A stretch of DNA of 64,000 bases from Lama glama. Its lineage: Eukaryota. Below the pieces are notes generated by a model. It had not been told where the DNA came from. It ran no database searches and saw only the letters and a list, made by a program, of their open reading frames with translations. A program made the position numbers and the translations under genes. Location of the stretch: contig CM052817.1 in NCBI GenBank assembly GCA_028534125.1, positions 24,988,001 to 25,052,000 of the forward strand. Direction: 5' to 3'. This document shows positions 35,056-48,785 of this stretch, piece by piece; the first letter of the stretch is position 1, and every line of letters starts with the position of its first letter.

Positions 35056-38000
35056 TTAAATTGAAAAGTATGGGTTTAAAATTAAACTGGACTGTGCTTA
35101 AATCCTGGCTCCTTCATTTATGAGCTGTTTAACGGAGGGCAGTTGCCACAGAACCCTCAGCTCAGAGGAACAGCACCCACCTCACAGAGCTAGGGGTGTT
35201 GGTGCAGCCGGTGAGGAAGCACCCACGATACGGGAGCAAGTGCTCCAAGAAAGAGCACCGGCAGTCTGTTCTGAGTAGGATTTTGAAGGAAATGAAATAG
35301 CTGCCTTTTCAGTCCCCTCCACAAATGGCAGCCACTATGGTTCCACCCTCATTGCCTTCCCTTTTATCATCACTAGGCTTTCAGGACGAGTGAGAGGATG
35401 TTCTTGGACAGTCAGAAACTCTGGCACAGGGAGGACACTCACGTTGCCAAAAGGAACCTCTCTGGGCGTTCTGGGCTGGTGGTCTGCACGATGGCTTCAG
35501 CTTTCTGACAAAGCGCATATCGTCACCTGAAGTCACAGCCAGAGGAGCCCTGGGCCCTCGAGCAGCAGCTTGGTGCTCGTGCCCCACCCAGCCCAGGTGC
35601 ACACCTGCGGCGACGGGCCCTGCCTCACCCAGCAGCCCTGTGCTCTGAATTCAGAGGCGGAAAAACCACGGGTCAGGAGTGCTGACAGATGCGGGGGTCT
35701 GGTTTCCTTTCAGATTCCCTTGATGGGAGAGACAAAAGACAAGGAATCATTGTAAAGAAATTAGTCATAGATGTTTCACTCTTTAAACTGATCCTGGCAA
35801 AAGGTTAGACAGTGCGCAGCTTTCAGGATGTCCCAGGGCTGACAAGTGCAATGAGGTGCGACCTAGCCCACTAAACACACAATCACCAGGCTCCGGAGGG
35901 TCGATTTCCCCGTGCTGACCTTCCTTGGAATCTAAGCTGAGTGTGCAGTACTGGTTTTTCTGTGTTGTGCCAGGAAGTTTGAAAAAGTGTCCAAAGGAGA
36001 GGCAGATGTTAACTCTTGACCAAGATACTTTGTTTATTCAATCAAAACAGTCAATTCCTCCCCTCTTTGTTTTGTCCTGTGCGCATGTGAGAACTCTTCT
36101 TACAGACTGAAATGGAAGCTAAGCCAGCTGAAATTTGCCACGTTCAGCTGCAGTCAGTTAGGTCAGTTAGAGAATTGCAAAATGTTGCCTCTTCTAATGA
36201 GTTTTTTGGGCAAAGTAAATTGTGAAAATGTTTAAGAAATTTGCTTACCACAAAAACAGTTTTCAAAGAACATTTGGACTTGACATGCTCACTTTGTTAC
36301 ATAATTTATAAACATGTAGATTAAATTTACGTGTTTGAAATCTATTGAGGTTTTGAATGAGTGTCAGTGTGCTGACTCTGAAGGGGTGGAAGCTGTCTCA
36401 GTGATCATACAGTTGCTTTCCACTTTCTAGTCGAAAACATCAAAGCCCCGAAACTTTGCTAAAGCTGAAACCCAAGTTTCCCAATTGCCAAGCAGTCATG
36501 GATACCCAGAAAGATTGCCACTTCCCAAGTTGATTTTTTTCAGGATAGGGGCTCTTAAAAGGAAGGCAGTGAGACTGGGGTTTTCCAGGTGGAAAGGTCA
36601 CACTTCCACATTTAACCCAATGAGCATTGTGTTGAGTTGGGGGAAAAATTGGATTCACTATTTTAAACTTCTTATTTCATAGTGTGGACTTCCCCATCCC
36701 CTCTCCCCAGTAAAACACAAAAATATTTCCTAACTTTTAAGTCATGAGCTTCCTTTCATGGATTTCGACCTTAGATCACCTCCAGATAAGCATTGTGTAA
36801 TGGGATGGGTGGGGTTAGAGTTTTTAGTCACAGATGCACGAGAGGCGGGGGGAGGGTGGAGAGCAGCCACGGATCTCACTGGGGCTTTTTGCAGTTCCTC
36901 CCTCGTCAGTGACCAAGTCAGAGTTCTCACGGGGGACTGTGGTGCAGGCAGAGCCCCAGAGGGTTTCCTTGCCACCTCTGCAGGTCACCTGCACTGCCTT
37001 CGGGTCATCCCTCCCTCTCTCCCTCTGACCTTCCTGCTCGGTCGCATGGTTCTCTCTCACATTCCCCAAGGTCCCCTCTGCCAAGGCCTCTTTAAAAGAC
37101 CTCTGCTTCTGGGTCCCAGCTGTTCCCACCGAACGTCTTGCCAGCTCTCTTCTGGGGGCTATGGGACTGTGGTGTGACCCTCTTATTTTTGATTATTTCT
37201 AGTTGAGTAGCTTCCAATGCTTCCCTCTGAAGATGAGTCTAAGTGTGCCTGCCCCGCCGGCCGCTTCATGGGGAACGGGGCCACATGCTGCTGTCTCGCT
37301 CCGTCTCGGCCATGCCTCAGTGGCTTCGGACCCTGCACCCCCGGTGATGTCTCAAAAGGGTTATGGACTGAGAGACCCGATGCGGTGCTGACGAAGCCCA
37401 GGGTAGAGGATGGAGGGCACGTTTACATGTTCAGGAAAGATCAAACAGAGGCCATTAATAGCACTTACCTGTGGGAGGTGGGGTTACAGGTAATTTTTTT
37501 CCTTTCGGTTTTTCTTCCCCTGTGTTTTCATTGTCTCTAGTTTCTCTGTAATCTGTTGAAATATTACTTTTTTCATGGGGAAAAAAGCCTAAAACCCTCG
37601 CCTGAGCCAGAGGGTGAAAAACAGGGCTTCTCTTCTGAAAGTCACTATTTGTGGTGTGATTTTATCATTGTCCTGGTCACTCGGGCTGGACACCTGGAGG
37701 AGGCCTGCCTCCTCCCTCCAAGTTCGCTCTCCTCCCACAGCCCCTCTGCCATCCCTGCCTCCCCCTCCTCCACGGTCACCCCCCAGGCCTCCACTGCCGC
37801 CGCCCGGCTGTTCCTTCCGCCTCCCTCGACGGTTCTTTCCGTGCCCCCGTCTTTATCATTGCATCGTCGAGGGACACTGCTGCTGTTTTCAGTGGAAGTC
37901 CAGAGTTTACAAATAAGATCCAGTCCCTGCCAATGACAGGGTGAGGGAGGTTTATCATGTGCTATTTAATCTACATGCAGATTCTGATGACACTGCAGTA

Positions 38001-39109
38001 CGCTGGTTTGAAAGTGGATTTAGTGCTAGATACAGGAGCATGCAGTGTGGTCAGGGAGGGAATAACAAACAGCAAGGGAAGTAAGGGGATGGGCTGCTGA
38101 AAGGGATGCTGCCCAGTTCAGGGCTTGGACTGGAGAGCCGTGGTGGCAGCCGGGAGGGCCCTTCGGACCCCGGGGTCTCTGTTACTGTCTTGCACTGCTG
38201 TTTTGTGGCATAAACCTTAATGATTTGGGGGCTACAACTTTATCAGGATAAAATGATGCTTTTCCACCCCACGCTTCATAAGTATTACTTGAGTACTAAT
38301 TAAATACACGAAACCTACCCATCTATATTATAAATGTCTGTGTGATGGAAACGATGTCTTGACTCTTGATTCTTTCACAAGCACCTTAATGCTGTCTCAT
38401 CTTGAGCATATTTTCTCCGATTTTATATTGAAAATCTGTGTTTGCCTCATGTCTTAAGGCTACGGGGGTTGTCTTTTTTTTTTTTCTCCATCATCTTACA
38501 AGTGTTCAAGTGGTTTTATTAGGAAGTTGGGCTCGTAGAGGAGGCACTGGCATTGATTGCACTCCGCGGTACCCTGGGGGCTTGGAAGCACGTGCTTGCT
38601 AAGTGTGTGCCCGGGGAATGCCCTGCATTGTGTTGGTTGGAAGAACCATTCCACACCTGCTTCTGCAGGGGGCAGGTCATGTTGTCCTGCACTGACAAGG
38701 AAGCAGGCGGGCTGAGGAAGCGGGATAAAGGGGAGACGAGGTGACAGTCCACTTCTGAGTCCCAGCCCAGGACCCGGCTTATGAAAGACGCCACATGGCA
38801 GCCCTGGCCAGTCGCCATGTAAATGACAGAGATGGCAGGTTCAGGCAAGTCCCTTGTTCTGGCCTCTGGGTATCTCCTCCCTCTGAAAAACAAAAATCTG
38901 AATTTTGCCAGTCCATCAGGACTGAAAACACCAGTTTATTCCGTGAGGTCACAATAAAACCTTGTTACCTGTGCTTTCAAAACTTCTCCTTTTTTCTTAA
39001 CTTAATGACTTCTTTTTTAAGGAAATTTTACAACGGCCTCATAAAACATTAAGTCAGACCTGCTAGACGGAAATGGAGTGGAGGGATAGTTTAGAACCAC
39101 GTTTGCTCC

Positions 39110-39473
39110 AGCTGTGGACTGAATGTTTATGTCTCCCCTAAATTCGTGTGTTGAAGCCCTGCTACCCCATGTGTTGTACATGGAGGTGGGGCCTCCTTGG
39201 GGAGGTAACTAGGTCTAGAAGAGGTCTTGAGGGTAGAGCCTCCATCATGGGATAAGCGCCTGCCTGCCTTGTAAGTAATAGGAGGAAGAGACCAGAGTTC
39301 TGTCTCTGTCGTATGAGGATACAGCAGGGAGGAGGCAGGCAGGGAAGAGGGCCTTCCTCACGCACCTGACAGGGCCTGCACCCTGATTTTGGACCCCCAG
39401 CCTCCAGAACTGTGAGAAGTGAATGTTGTTAAGCCACCAGGCGATGTGTGTTGTTGTACCCCGAGCTAAGACA
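39110..39473 (+). mobile_element. ERVL-MaLR solo LTR (MLT1A/B-like)
   Basis: ggactgaatgtttatgtctcccctaaattcgtgtgttgaagccct...cagcctccagaactgtgaga...ctaagaca; 5-bp TSD gctcc/gctct. Confidence 0.85.
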
Positions 39474-40833
39474 GCTCTGCTCCCCACCGCTCCTGGCCCC
39501 TGTGTGGACGTTGCAAACAGCATCAGAGGGTGGAGTCTGAAAGCCAGCCGGCGCTCCGTCATGCAGCCCTTCCCTCTGAGCGGGTCGCACTCTGACCTGT
39601 AGCACCCGGTGCTCTGCTCAGGGGTTTGAGGGTGAGGGTGTTGGCTTCTTCCTGGGCTTCTTTTCAGTCTGCCCAGCAGAACAGAAGCCCGGAGGGGCCC
39701 TGAGACTGAACACACCTCGCTCATGGGGGTGGGGCTGGACCTGTCCTTCTGGGGGGAGGTGCCTGCCCAGGAGATACTGGAGGCTGCGAGATAAACAGAT
39801 GAGCTGCTTTTGTGCAGATGGTTAGAAAAACACGGATTGAGAAATCATGATCTTAGCCTTTAGTAGTGTATTTTTCTGTTTGTGTTGGGTGACTCATTTG
39901 TCTATGTTTCTCACTGTTTATGTTCATATCTGGAAGTTTTCTGGAAGGAAATTTATTATCAGTGTAATAATGTGGGTAGTGGATCTGGGTCACCAGGGAG
40001 GGGCACTTTCCCAATGCATTTCGTAAGAAATGGTATTAATTTTAGTTCAAACAGTTGGCAGTGACAAAGATAACAAGATTTGGCTAGTGTTTGAAAAGCA
40101 AGATGTGTTACATTTAAAATTTTTATTTTAAAAGTCAGGTCTTCTGTAATGGATGGAGTTATTGCTGAATTAATTTGAAATAATTTATTTAAAAGGTACC
40201 TCTGTTCCCCAGTGTTACATAATGTGAAACAACCAATTGAGGTAAACCTAAAACCTGAAGCCAGTGACTGAAAAAAATACTGAATGCCCCAGGCTAAGGG
40301 TTTCATATTCCTGTAGTTAAAAACCCAGGTCAATGGCCCCACCCCAGCATTTGTCCAGTAGGTCTAAGGTGAGCCCAAGTATTTGTAGTTCTGATGAGCG
40401 ACTGGGCGATCCGGGTGCTGCTGGTCTGCAGGCCTCAAGTGAGAACTGCTTCCATAGATGGAACTCATGGCCTCGGTTCTGTTGGCAGTGACACCATGTG
40501 CTGCTGTGGGGACAGCTTGTCCTTAGCACCCACAGTGAGGTCCAGGCAGGGGGGCTCGACCAGCAGCAGTCATCACAGCCAACAGTATATGTAAGTGACC
40601 AAAATCCATACAGATGAGACGAGAGCGCTAAGTGTAGGTAACAGTTGGGGCAAAACCCTGCAAGGTAATAGTGCTCATGGGCTCTCAAGAACACAACTAA
40701 ATGGCTACTCATTTTTTTGTGTGTCTCCTCTAGAGCTTGTGTCAGGACATGATCTTGCTTAGCACAGAGGCCCTTCCCTGACTGAAGTATTTCTTACCAT
40801 CTGTGTGCCCTCCACCCTGACAATCTCTCAGGG

Positions 40834-40849
40834 GCATGCGCGCGCGCGT

Positions 40850-40881
<32 letters not shown>

Positions 40882-40905
40882 CACACCACACACACACACA
40901 CACGC
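40834..40905. repeat. Compound (CG)n-(CA)n microsatellite
   Basis: gcatgcgcgcgcgcgtgcgcacacaca...; directly visible. Confidence 0.95.
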
Positions 40906-43900
40906 TTTCCTAAGGGCACATGGAACTACTTGAAACTCATCATGAACGGATCATGATGTGTCATTTTGGTTTCTGCACCTCCCAAGGAGTGGCCCTCCCT
41001 CTCTGACCATCACTTCCTGGTCTTGCTGCAGGACCACTGCGCTATCCCTTACGCCCACAGAAGGGTCAGACGAGGGTCACCACACCCAGGGGTAGCTCTT
41101 CCATGACGCCCCCACACTTCGGCCACCTGTGGGCCCTTGTCCTGCCACTTCTGACACTGACCTGTCATGGTGGCCTGCTCAGCTGTCTCCTCGGGGACAG
41201 AAGGGGTTTCATTCCATCATTGTTCTCGGGCTGAGGTAAATGAATGATTAACATTATTTGTAACATTTCCTATAAAGCTTTGTGTATGTAAAGTTATGTT
41301 TCTCCGTAAACGTCAGGCACCTATGTATCTACACATAGGTAGATAGATGTAAAGTTTAGAAGCAGTTTTGTATAAATGTGAGAATAAAACTGTTGAGAAG
41401 AGCTGAGCACCTGGGGCCCCCGCCACTCGGCCTGGAGTTGTGTGGCACACCAGGGCCTGGCCTGTCTCCTCCTGGTTCCCGCATGTTTCCCTTGTCCCTC
41501 CCGCCCGCCTGCCCCGCGTCACTTCTCTCCCTCTGCCTCACCTTGCCCACAGTGCTTCAGGCTGCACGGGTCCCCTGCTTCTCTGAGCTGCTCTTCCTTC
41601 CCATCGGTGCGCAGGACAGTGATTGGCAGCCCCTGGGACGCTGCTTTCAGAACCTCGGAGGCTCGCCTGAGGTTTGCCACGGTGCTGCGGGAGCAGAAAG
41701 GATCTGGCAGGGCAGAGGTGACAGGAGGAGCCTTCCCAGAGGGCATGACCTTGGAGCTGAGCTTTGAAAGAGGAGGAAGGGGGTCAGCCCCACAAAGAAA
41801 AGCCGAAAGGGCATCCCAGCTGTTGAGAGAGCGGCTGGCCCTCTCCAGCGCTGGGAGTCTCTCGTGGTCACGGGCCCTGGACACACTCAGGCGGTGACCA
41901 GGGGCCTCCTATTGTTGGGGGAGTCCCTGGGACAGCACTGCTGTTTTCTTCACAGACTGTATGTCTGTGTTCCCCAGTGTTCTTCAGTAAACCAGTCTGT
42001 TTATCCGCAGCCCCGGTCTGGTTGTGAAGTCTAAGCAACACAGAGGTTTTGCCAGGTTTAGAATAAATAACGATGTGACAGGACGTCACGTGCCCCTGGC
42101 TGTACCGTTGTAAGTGCTCTCAAGGGTCTTCATTGGATCCCTGCACCAGAGCCGTGGGAGATGGGTGCTGCTGTGGCCTGTGATCTGTGGCCGAGGAGGC
42201 ATGGAGGTCAAGGGGCGGGCGGGCTGCTCTGCTGGCTGGGAGGTGGCAGCGCCCATGTCATATGGCACCTTTCCCCCTGCAGTCATTCTCATCACCCTGA
42301 GGCACTGGGGTGAGCCAGCCCAGGTCTGAGTTCTAATCTGGCGCCACCAGCAAATTAGCTCTGGGCCCCAGGTCTTTGCCACTGAGGCTGTCACTGCAGC
42401 CCTCGCTTACCGCGTGGTGAGGTTGCAGTGTGTGGGTCCTGGTGAAGCACGCTGCCTGGCCCAGTCAGTGCCGGGACCACTGGGGCAGAGGTGGGGGGTG
42501 AGCTAAGTCTTCTTCAGCCCTAAGTTTCTGTGTTCCTGTGAATGCTGCTGATCCCCCAGCAGCCGGAGGAAGGAAGGAGAGTGAGCAAGGGGTGTGGCCC
42601 GTGATGCAGAGGTCCTGCAGGGCTGCTGGTGGGGAGTCCCCGGGGGCCAGGCCCTGGTCCTGGACGCACTCCTCACACGCATCTTGGTGGCACTGACCGG
42701 GGGCGTTCTGTGGTGGTGGTGCTTTTCCATCCTGAGGTGTCCCATAAAACTGCAGGAACCACACTTTGAGATCCAAGGTTATATGAATGGTAATAGGAGA
42801 GATCAAACTATGATGAGGATCAGCATTTCATATTCCGACTGAGGCTGAATATTTATTCCTTTTCATAGTCTTACTGTGTTTAATCAAGAAACAAGATCCC
42901 TGACCTTCAGCCCTCCCAAAACTACACTATCATCCCTCTTGCAGATGCAAAAACAGATGCCATTCATTTCAAAGGATAATTTTATCCAGTGCACTAAATA
43001 AAAATTCATATGACTACAGCATTTTCTCGGTTCTTTTCAAGCTAATGTAGGCCTTGACTTTCCTAGCTGGTCCCCCACCACCCCCACCCCAGGGGGCCTT
43101 TGTGACCCTGCTCAGCTCTAGCTCTCGGAAGGGGGAAGCAGGGCACTGCCCAGGGCTGTGCACCTCCCTTCCGTCTTTCCGCACCTCTTCCTGCTTCTCT
43201 TCCCAGGACTTAACCACCGCTCTGCGCCTTCCCTTCTGCTCCTCTCCCTGCGAGTCCACAACATCTTCATAGAGCCTTGGAAACTCACCCCAAACGGCTA
43301 ATTTGGGAAGGCACAGGGATAAAGATCTGTGGGGCTTTCACTTCTGTTTTTAGTTTCAGCATTTCTTGGCTGTTTCTTAAAAAAAAAATTGTATGCCCAC
43401 CTCCCTATCCCCCCTCCACTGCACCCATCTCAGGCAGAGTTAGGCGCTCTGTTCTGTCTTCAGAGCTCCCCCACAACCCCTCCCAGCACTTTTTCGCATT
43501 GTTTTGTAATAGCCCTTCACCTGTTGGGTCCACTAAGCTCTGCATTCCCCAGTGGCCGGAACACCTTTCCAGTACTAAAGCATGCATAAAGCAAAGAAGT
43601 TTTCCTTTTAAAACCCCAAATCTTCCACGATTCCCACTAACTAATACACAAGTGAACCAGGCAGCCAGTGCTCTCTGTGTCTGGGTGCCACCACTCTTCT
43701 CCGTCTCCACGCGCACACCGTCCGGCCATCAGCCAGATGGGGCCGTTGCATGATTACTTGAGAGTCCCCCATGCACCTTGCTTGTGCCTCTCCGTTTACT
43801 GGAACGGCCACTGTCACTTCCACTCGCCCGTATTTTACTTGTCCTTCAAGAACCACCACCACTTCCAAAAGCCTGATGCTCGTAGGAGGAAAAATGATAG

Positions 43901-46324
43901 CGGACATTTATTTGAATGCCTGCTATGTGCCAGGCTGGGTTTTCCCCCACACATTTGCCTCTGTAATGCTCACAGGAATCCTCTGAGATGGGCACGAGGA
44001 TGCATGTTTGGCAGATGAGGAAACAGGTGAAAGTGATCAAACCACCTGCTCGAGGGTAAGTAGGTAGATTGGCGGGGGGCTGGGGTTTGACCCCAGGCCC
44101 GTGCCCTTGACCTGAATCACAGGAGGAGTTCATTTTCTTCTCTGAACTCCTAGAACACTTCCTTTGCATTTCTCAGCAGTCGTATACCCCTCTTACTCGC
44201 CCTGTTGAAATTTGAGGGACTGTGTCATGTTCATATCTGGATTTCTGGCAGCAGATGGCAAAAAGTTAAGAATATTTCTTCTTAGTATCTGCGAATCTTA
44301 TGGTGAAAAGAATATGAAAACAAGTGTATGTATAAAGAATATTTCTTTTTAACAAATGAATATTATTTAAAGATTCTATTTTCCTATAACTGGACCATCG
44401 TATAATGCAACTGTAGAAAAATGGCAAGGTTCTTTTTGTTTGTTTGTTTCTCCAAACATCCAAAGAAGTCAGGGTAGGGTGTAGCGCCGTCTTGGGTAAA
44501 TGAATTCATTTGTTCGTGACTTTTCCATGTGCATCTGCTGTTTGCCAGGCACAGGGGGCTCTCCTGTTCTCCTGGCATCTGCGCTCTGTTTTGTAGAGGT
44601 GGAGTTGTTGGCGCTTTGTAAACAGTTTGACAGCATTCATTTGAGGACTGCCTGTTTCTTAAATCTACACATTCATTTCACTTTGTTTTTTTAAGAAATT
44701 TTCTTCAGCTGTTGGTAACAGCAGATGCTGCAGATGTTAATCCCTGTTGTTGTTAACTTTTCTCCAGAGATTTAATGTTCAGTTTTAGTTGTTGTTTCCA
44801 AGGTCTGTTCATTGTTGAAACAGAGGTTTCAGAATAACTGGGATTTTAAACATTTTCTTGTTCTTTTGGCATGGGAGATGAGGATTTTTTTCTAGAGGGA
44901 TGGAGAGAGCTATAAAATCCTGTATTGTGGGATAACAGAAAAATATGGAGAATAAGGGTTTTTCTCTTCATTTTCTTCCTGGGGTCGCTCTTTCTTACAG
45001 GGCACTTAGTGTGTGAGTTTCTGTCCTGTCTTGAAGGGGAGGAGAGCTGCAGTTCAGACCTGGTATGAGTCTGTGTTCCAGGCTTCGCAGGGCAGGAAGC
45101 TGGGCCAGCGTGAGGCTGTGCGCACATTCCTTTGCTCCTGCCCTGTTGCACCAATGATGCGACGTCACGTTCTTCCCCGCGTGTCTTTGTGCAGAGAGAT
45201 GAGGATGCAGCGTGGAGCGACTGGAGAACAGTGTGACATGTAAAGTATTGACGCAGCAGCGTAGATTGTGTTTATGACTCTGTTGAGAAGGTCTCAGCCG
45301 TGATGTAAATGGAAGCAGTTGTCTCATAGGGCCCCTGAGTTATGGCTGGCTTTAGAATTCTCAGAACCCACAGAAGGCTGTTGTCTCTGAAAGTCTGCAT
45401 AATGTAAGCATTCTGCAGCCCGTCATTACAGGAGATACCAGAGTAGTAAAAGCCCATCCCAGACTGGCCTCTGACTGCAGCCCTTTGCCTTCGTGGCTTT
45501 GTAGGCTTTATAAAGACGTCTGTCAGTGCCTGTGGTCCCCACGGTTGGGGCAGTCGGAAGTGAATGTCGTTTCTCACATTTTGCCCCAAGGGACTGGAAC
45601 CCAAAAGGTGTACATGTTTACAGAGGTTTACAAAGAGGGACGACCAAGCTGGCCTGTGGCTCAGCCGTGCTCTTTTCCCTGAGCCTCTGTGTGCAGCCTC
45701 TCGGCAAAGCTGAAAGTTGAGGAAAGAAGCCAGAACCCTGCTGCTGTTCTGGGGAATATTAGGAACATCGCTGTCTTTCTTAGACCACATCCAGGGGCCG
45801 GGTAAGGGGCTCAGCAAATACTGGTGTGAATGGCTTAGGAATGATCCAAGTCAAAATAATGCACATATTTATTGTTAGAACAGGGTTCTCAGCCCATAGT
45901 CATCCAACATTTTCACGTTGTTATCCTCACCCTGCCATCCCACTCACCCCTCTGTGTACATGAGTACACATCTCACCAGACTGCACCCCAAACACCCACG
46001 TGCATGCACGCGTGAGAAAGGACCGATCACAAAGTGATGGCCTTGTCTCAAATCTGGATCTTTCTTCCGTTCTCTTGGGTTGATTTAGCCAGGCCAAATT
46101 TAGAATAAACATTTAACTATCCCCCTTTGGTAAATTACTAAATTACTTTGTAACTAGGCTAATCTTAACATGAACAAAAGAAAGTATATTTTAAAAAATT
46201 GTTGTTAGTTATAGACTATAGCATCAGTAATTGTTACCACATAAAATACATTTGGGTGAAGGAGATGTATTTTTACCCCTTCCCGAGGTCTAGGAGAGAG
46301 CAAGTGATGGGTAGTTTACTCTAA

Positions 46325-46537
46325 TTGGGGTTCTCACTGGGGGTGATCTCGTCCCCCATCTCCCTAGGAGACGTGTAGTGCTGTCTAGGGATTTTTGGTT
46401 GTCACTGCTGGGGTGAGTGGATGCTGCTGTCATGGGGTAAGGATGCTGATAAACACTCTCCAATGCACAGAACGGTCCCCCGTGACAAAGAATTATCCAG
46501 CCCTAAGTGTCCATAGTCCTGAGGTTAAGAAACCTTG
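46325..46537. mobile_element. MER20 hAT-Charlie MITE
   Basis: ggggttctcactgggggtgat...tttttggttgtcactgctgggg...acaaagaattatccagccctaagtgtccatagtcctgaggttaagaaacc resembles MER20. Confidence 0.8.
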
Positions 46538-46832
46538 CTTAAAATGTTAGGTTAATTTGCTGAGCTTTGCAGGGGAGATTAGCTTTTATTTAGTTAATTC
46601 AGAAGTGAAGTTAACACTAGCACTGATAATCCTTTGTGTTCTGCACTTGGCCTTGGTATCCTGACCAAGGTCGGGAGAAGCTCTGACCACTTGTAAAGGC
46701 TTAAATCCAGGTGGCTGACAGCAGCTCTTAAACAGTGTTCCAGTGGTAACAGCAAAGGAAAATAAAGAGCTGACATGATGATAAGTGTGTAGGGGTACCT
46801 AAGGGAGTGAGGAGTGAAAATGTAGTGTGGAG

Positions 46833-46996
46833 CCTGCTGTTGAAAGTGTGCTTTGAGACCAGCAGTGGTGGCATTGCCTGGGAACCTGATAGAAATGCAG
46901 CCTCTCAGGCTCTCCTCAGACAGACTGAGTCAAAATCTGCATTTTAGCAAGGTACCCACATTATGTGTGTGCATCTAGAAGTTAGAGAAGCACTGG
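46833..46996. mobile_element. MER5A-like MITE
   Basis: gaccagcagtggtggcattgcctgggaacctgatagaaatgcag...aatctgcattttagcaag...gagaagcactg. Confidence 0.7.
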
Positions 46997-48065
46997 GTAG
47001 ACATTTCTTACTTTAGAGGAGAATGCACCTTGGTTCAGATCGTGGCTCTGACCCCTACAAGCCATGTCACCTTGACCATGTTACGAAACTGCACTGCATG
47101 CACCATGGTTACTTTAGCTGTAGAAAGGAGATAGTTTCTCATATCTCATGAGGTGGTTGCCACAGACAGACTTATCTGGGCCGAGGACTCATCACATGGT
47201 AAAGGCTCAACAGACTGAGCTGTGATTGACAATAAGAAAAAGAAGGCAAGAGTAGAGAACCCTAGGCAGGCAGTTTATGTCTTAAACTTCACGGTCGCAC
47301 GGTCGTCATCACCAAACAGTGCTTGTACTCTTGGCAGGTCTGATTTCTCCAGATAGGAAAACAGCAGAAACTGGAGCTTCATAAGCATCTGTAGACTGTG
47401 GTCCTTGTCAGCAACCCAGTTGCCAGAGAGTAAGTGGACCAGGGGACCAAACAGCCTAAACTCCTGGCCGTGCTCCGTCCACACAGGAGGCGTGCCTGCA
47501 CTGTTCTCATCATTACTCCAGAATCTGAAAGTTCACGTAGTAGGAATTCTCAGGACACACAGGCATACAGGAAGGATGGGGTTTGAGGAAGGAGACTAGG
47601 AGAGATGAGCCTGTCTTATGGGTGAGGTTTAAGAAGGGGGAAAGAATCTCCAGATTAACCCCACCTAATGCTGTTGACTGGCTGGTCCCTGGGTTCCTTC
47701 TGTGTCCATGTGAAAGTGTGCAGAAATTGCTGCTCTAACCACGGCTCCAGCGCTGACCACGTCAGCCTCACAGCCTCACAGGAGGGAATGTAAATACTTC
47801 CAACATGAGATAAAGCAGAACTTGAACCATGACTACAGGGCCCAGCAGAATTTCAACAGTCAAGATGGCGAAAGAAAAAAACAAAAAGGAAAGGAAAGGG
47901 CTCAAATGGAAGAGTTTAAGCTGCAGAGTTAAGATTAAATAAGCATACGGACTAAAACTCTGTGAAAAGGGATGAATTTAAACTATATCATGTTCAATAA
48001 TGAGTGATCCTAAGTATACAGGTTGTCAGAAGGGTGATTCGTTTTCTGTTTTGCAAGAGAACATT

Positions 48066-48190
48066 AAATTTTTTTGTGTGTAAGGGGAGGTAATTAGATT
48101 TATTTATTTTTAGAGGAGGTACTGGAGATTAAACCCAGGACCTCGTGCATGCTAAGCACGCACTCTATCACTGAGCTATACCCTCCTGCC
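48066..48190 (-). mobile_element. tRNA-derived SINE, camelid Vic-1-like
   Basis: Reverse complement ggagggtatagctcagtgatagagtgcgtgcttagcatgcacgaggtcctgggtttaatctccagtacctcc plus A-rich tail; TSD agaacatt at 48058-48065 and 48192-48199; same family as 221-320. Confidence 0.88.
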
Positions 48191-48524
48191 AAGAACATTT
48201 TTCAGTCTTTGATTTAAATCAGAACAGATTTGCATTATTTTTCTTTAACTTTTTGATTATGAAAATCTTTACTGTCACAAATTTAGAAAATACCAGAAAC
48301 ACAGAAAAGAACAGCAAGTACACCAAACCCAGCACCTACCTTTCTCTTCCTACAGTTGTTTATCAAGCACCTGCTGGGTGCCAGGGATGGCTTGGTGCTA
48401 GGCGAGCCCTCGTTGACAGGGGATTCTAGCCTTCTCAGAGCTTACAGTGTTCAGTGGCTAAATCTTGATGTGTTTCCCTCTGGTGTTTTTTTCCATGCCC
48501 TTTAGTGAATACGTGATAGCAAAT

Positions 48525-48785
48525 GATAAGAGCCAACATTCACTGTGTTCCTGCTGTGGGTTGGACCCTGTTTTAGATGGTTCGTATGACATGTGTTAAG
48601 TAACTTGATCCCTATAACACCACTGTGAGGGGGGTGCTGTTATTCCCACTTGACAGATTGGGAAACTGAGGCCCAAAGAGGTTAAGAAACTTGCTAAAGA
48701 TCACGAAATCAATAAATGAGGAGTCTTGATTAAAACCCAGGCAGCCTAGCCCCAGGCCTGTTAATCACTAAACTGTACTGCTTCT
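48525..48785 (-). mobile_element. MIR SINE, near full length
   Basis: tattcccacttgacagattgggaaactgaggcccaaagaggttaagaaacttgctaaagatcac. Confidence 0.8.

Noticed and set aside
48110..48190. tRNA gene (also 240-317)
   Set aside because: tRNA-like head with A-rich tail, TSDs and decayed stems indicates SINE copies.
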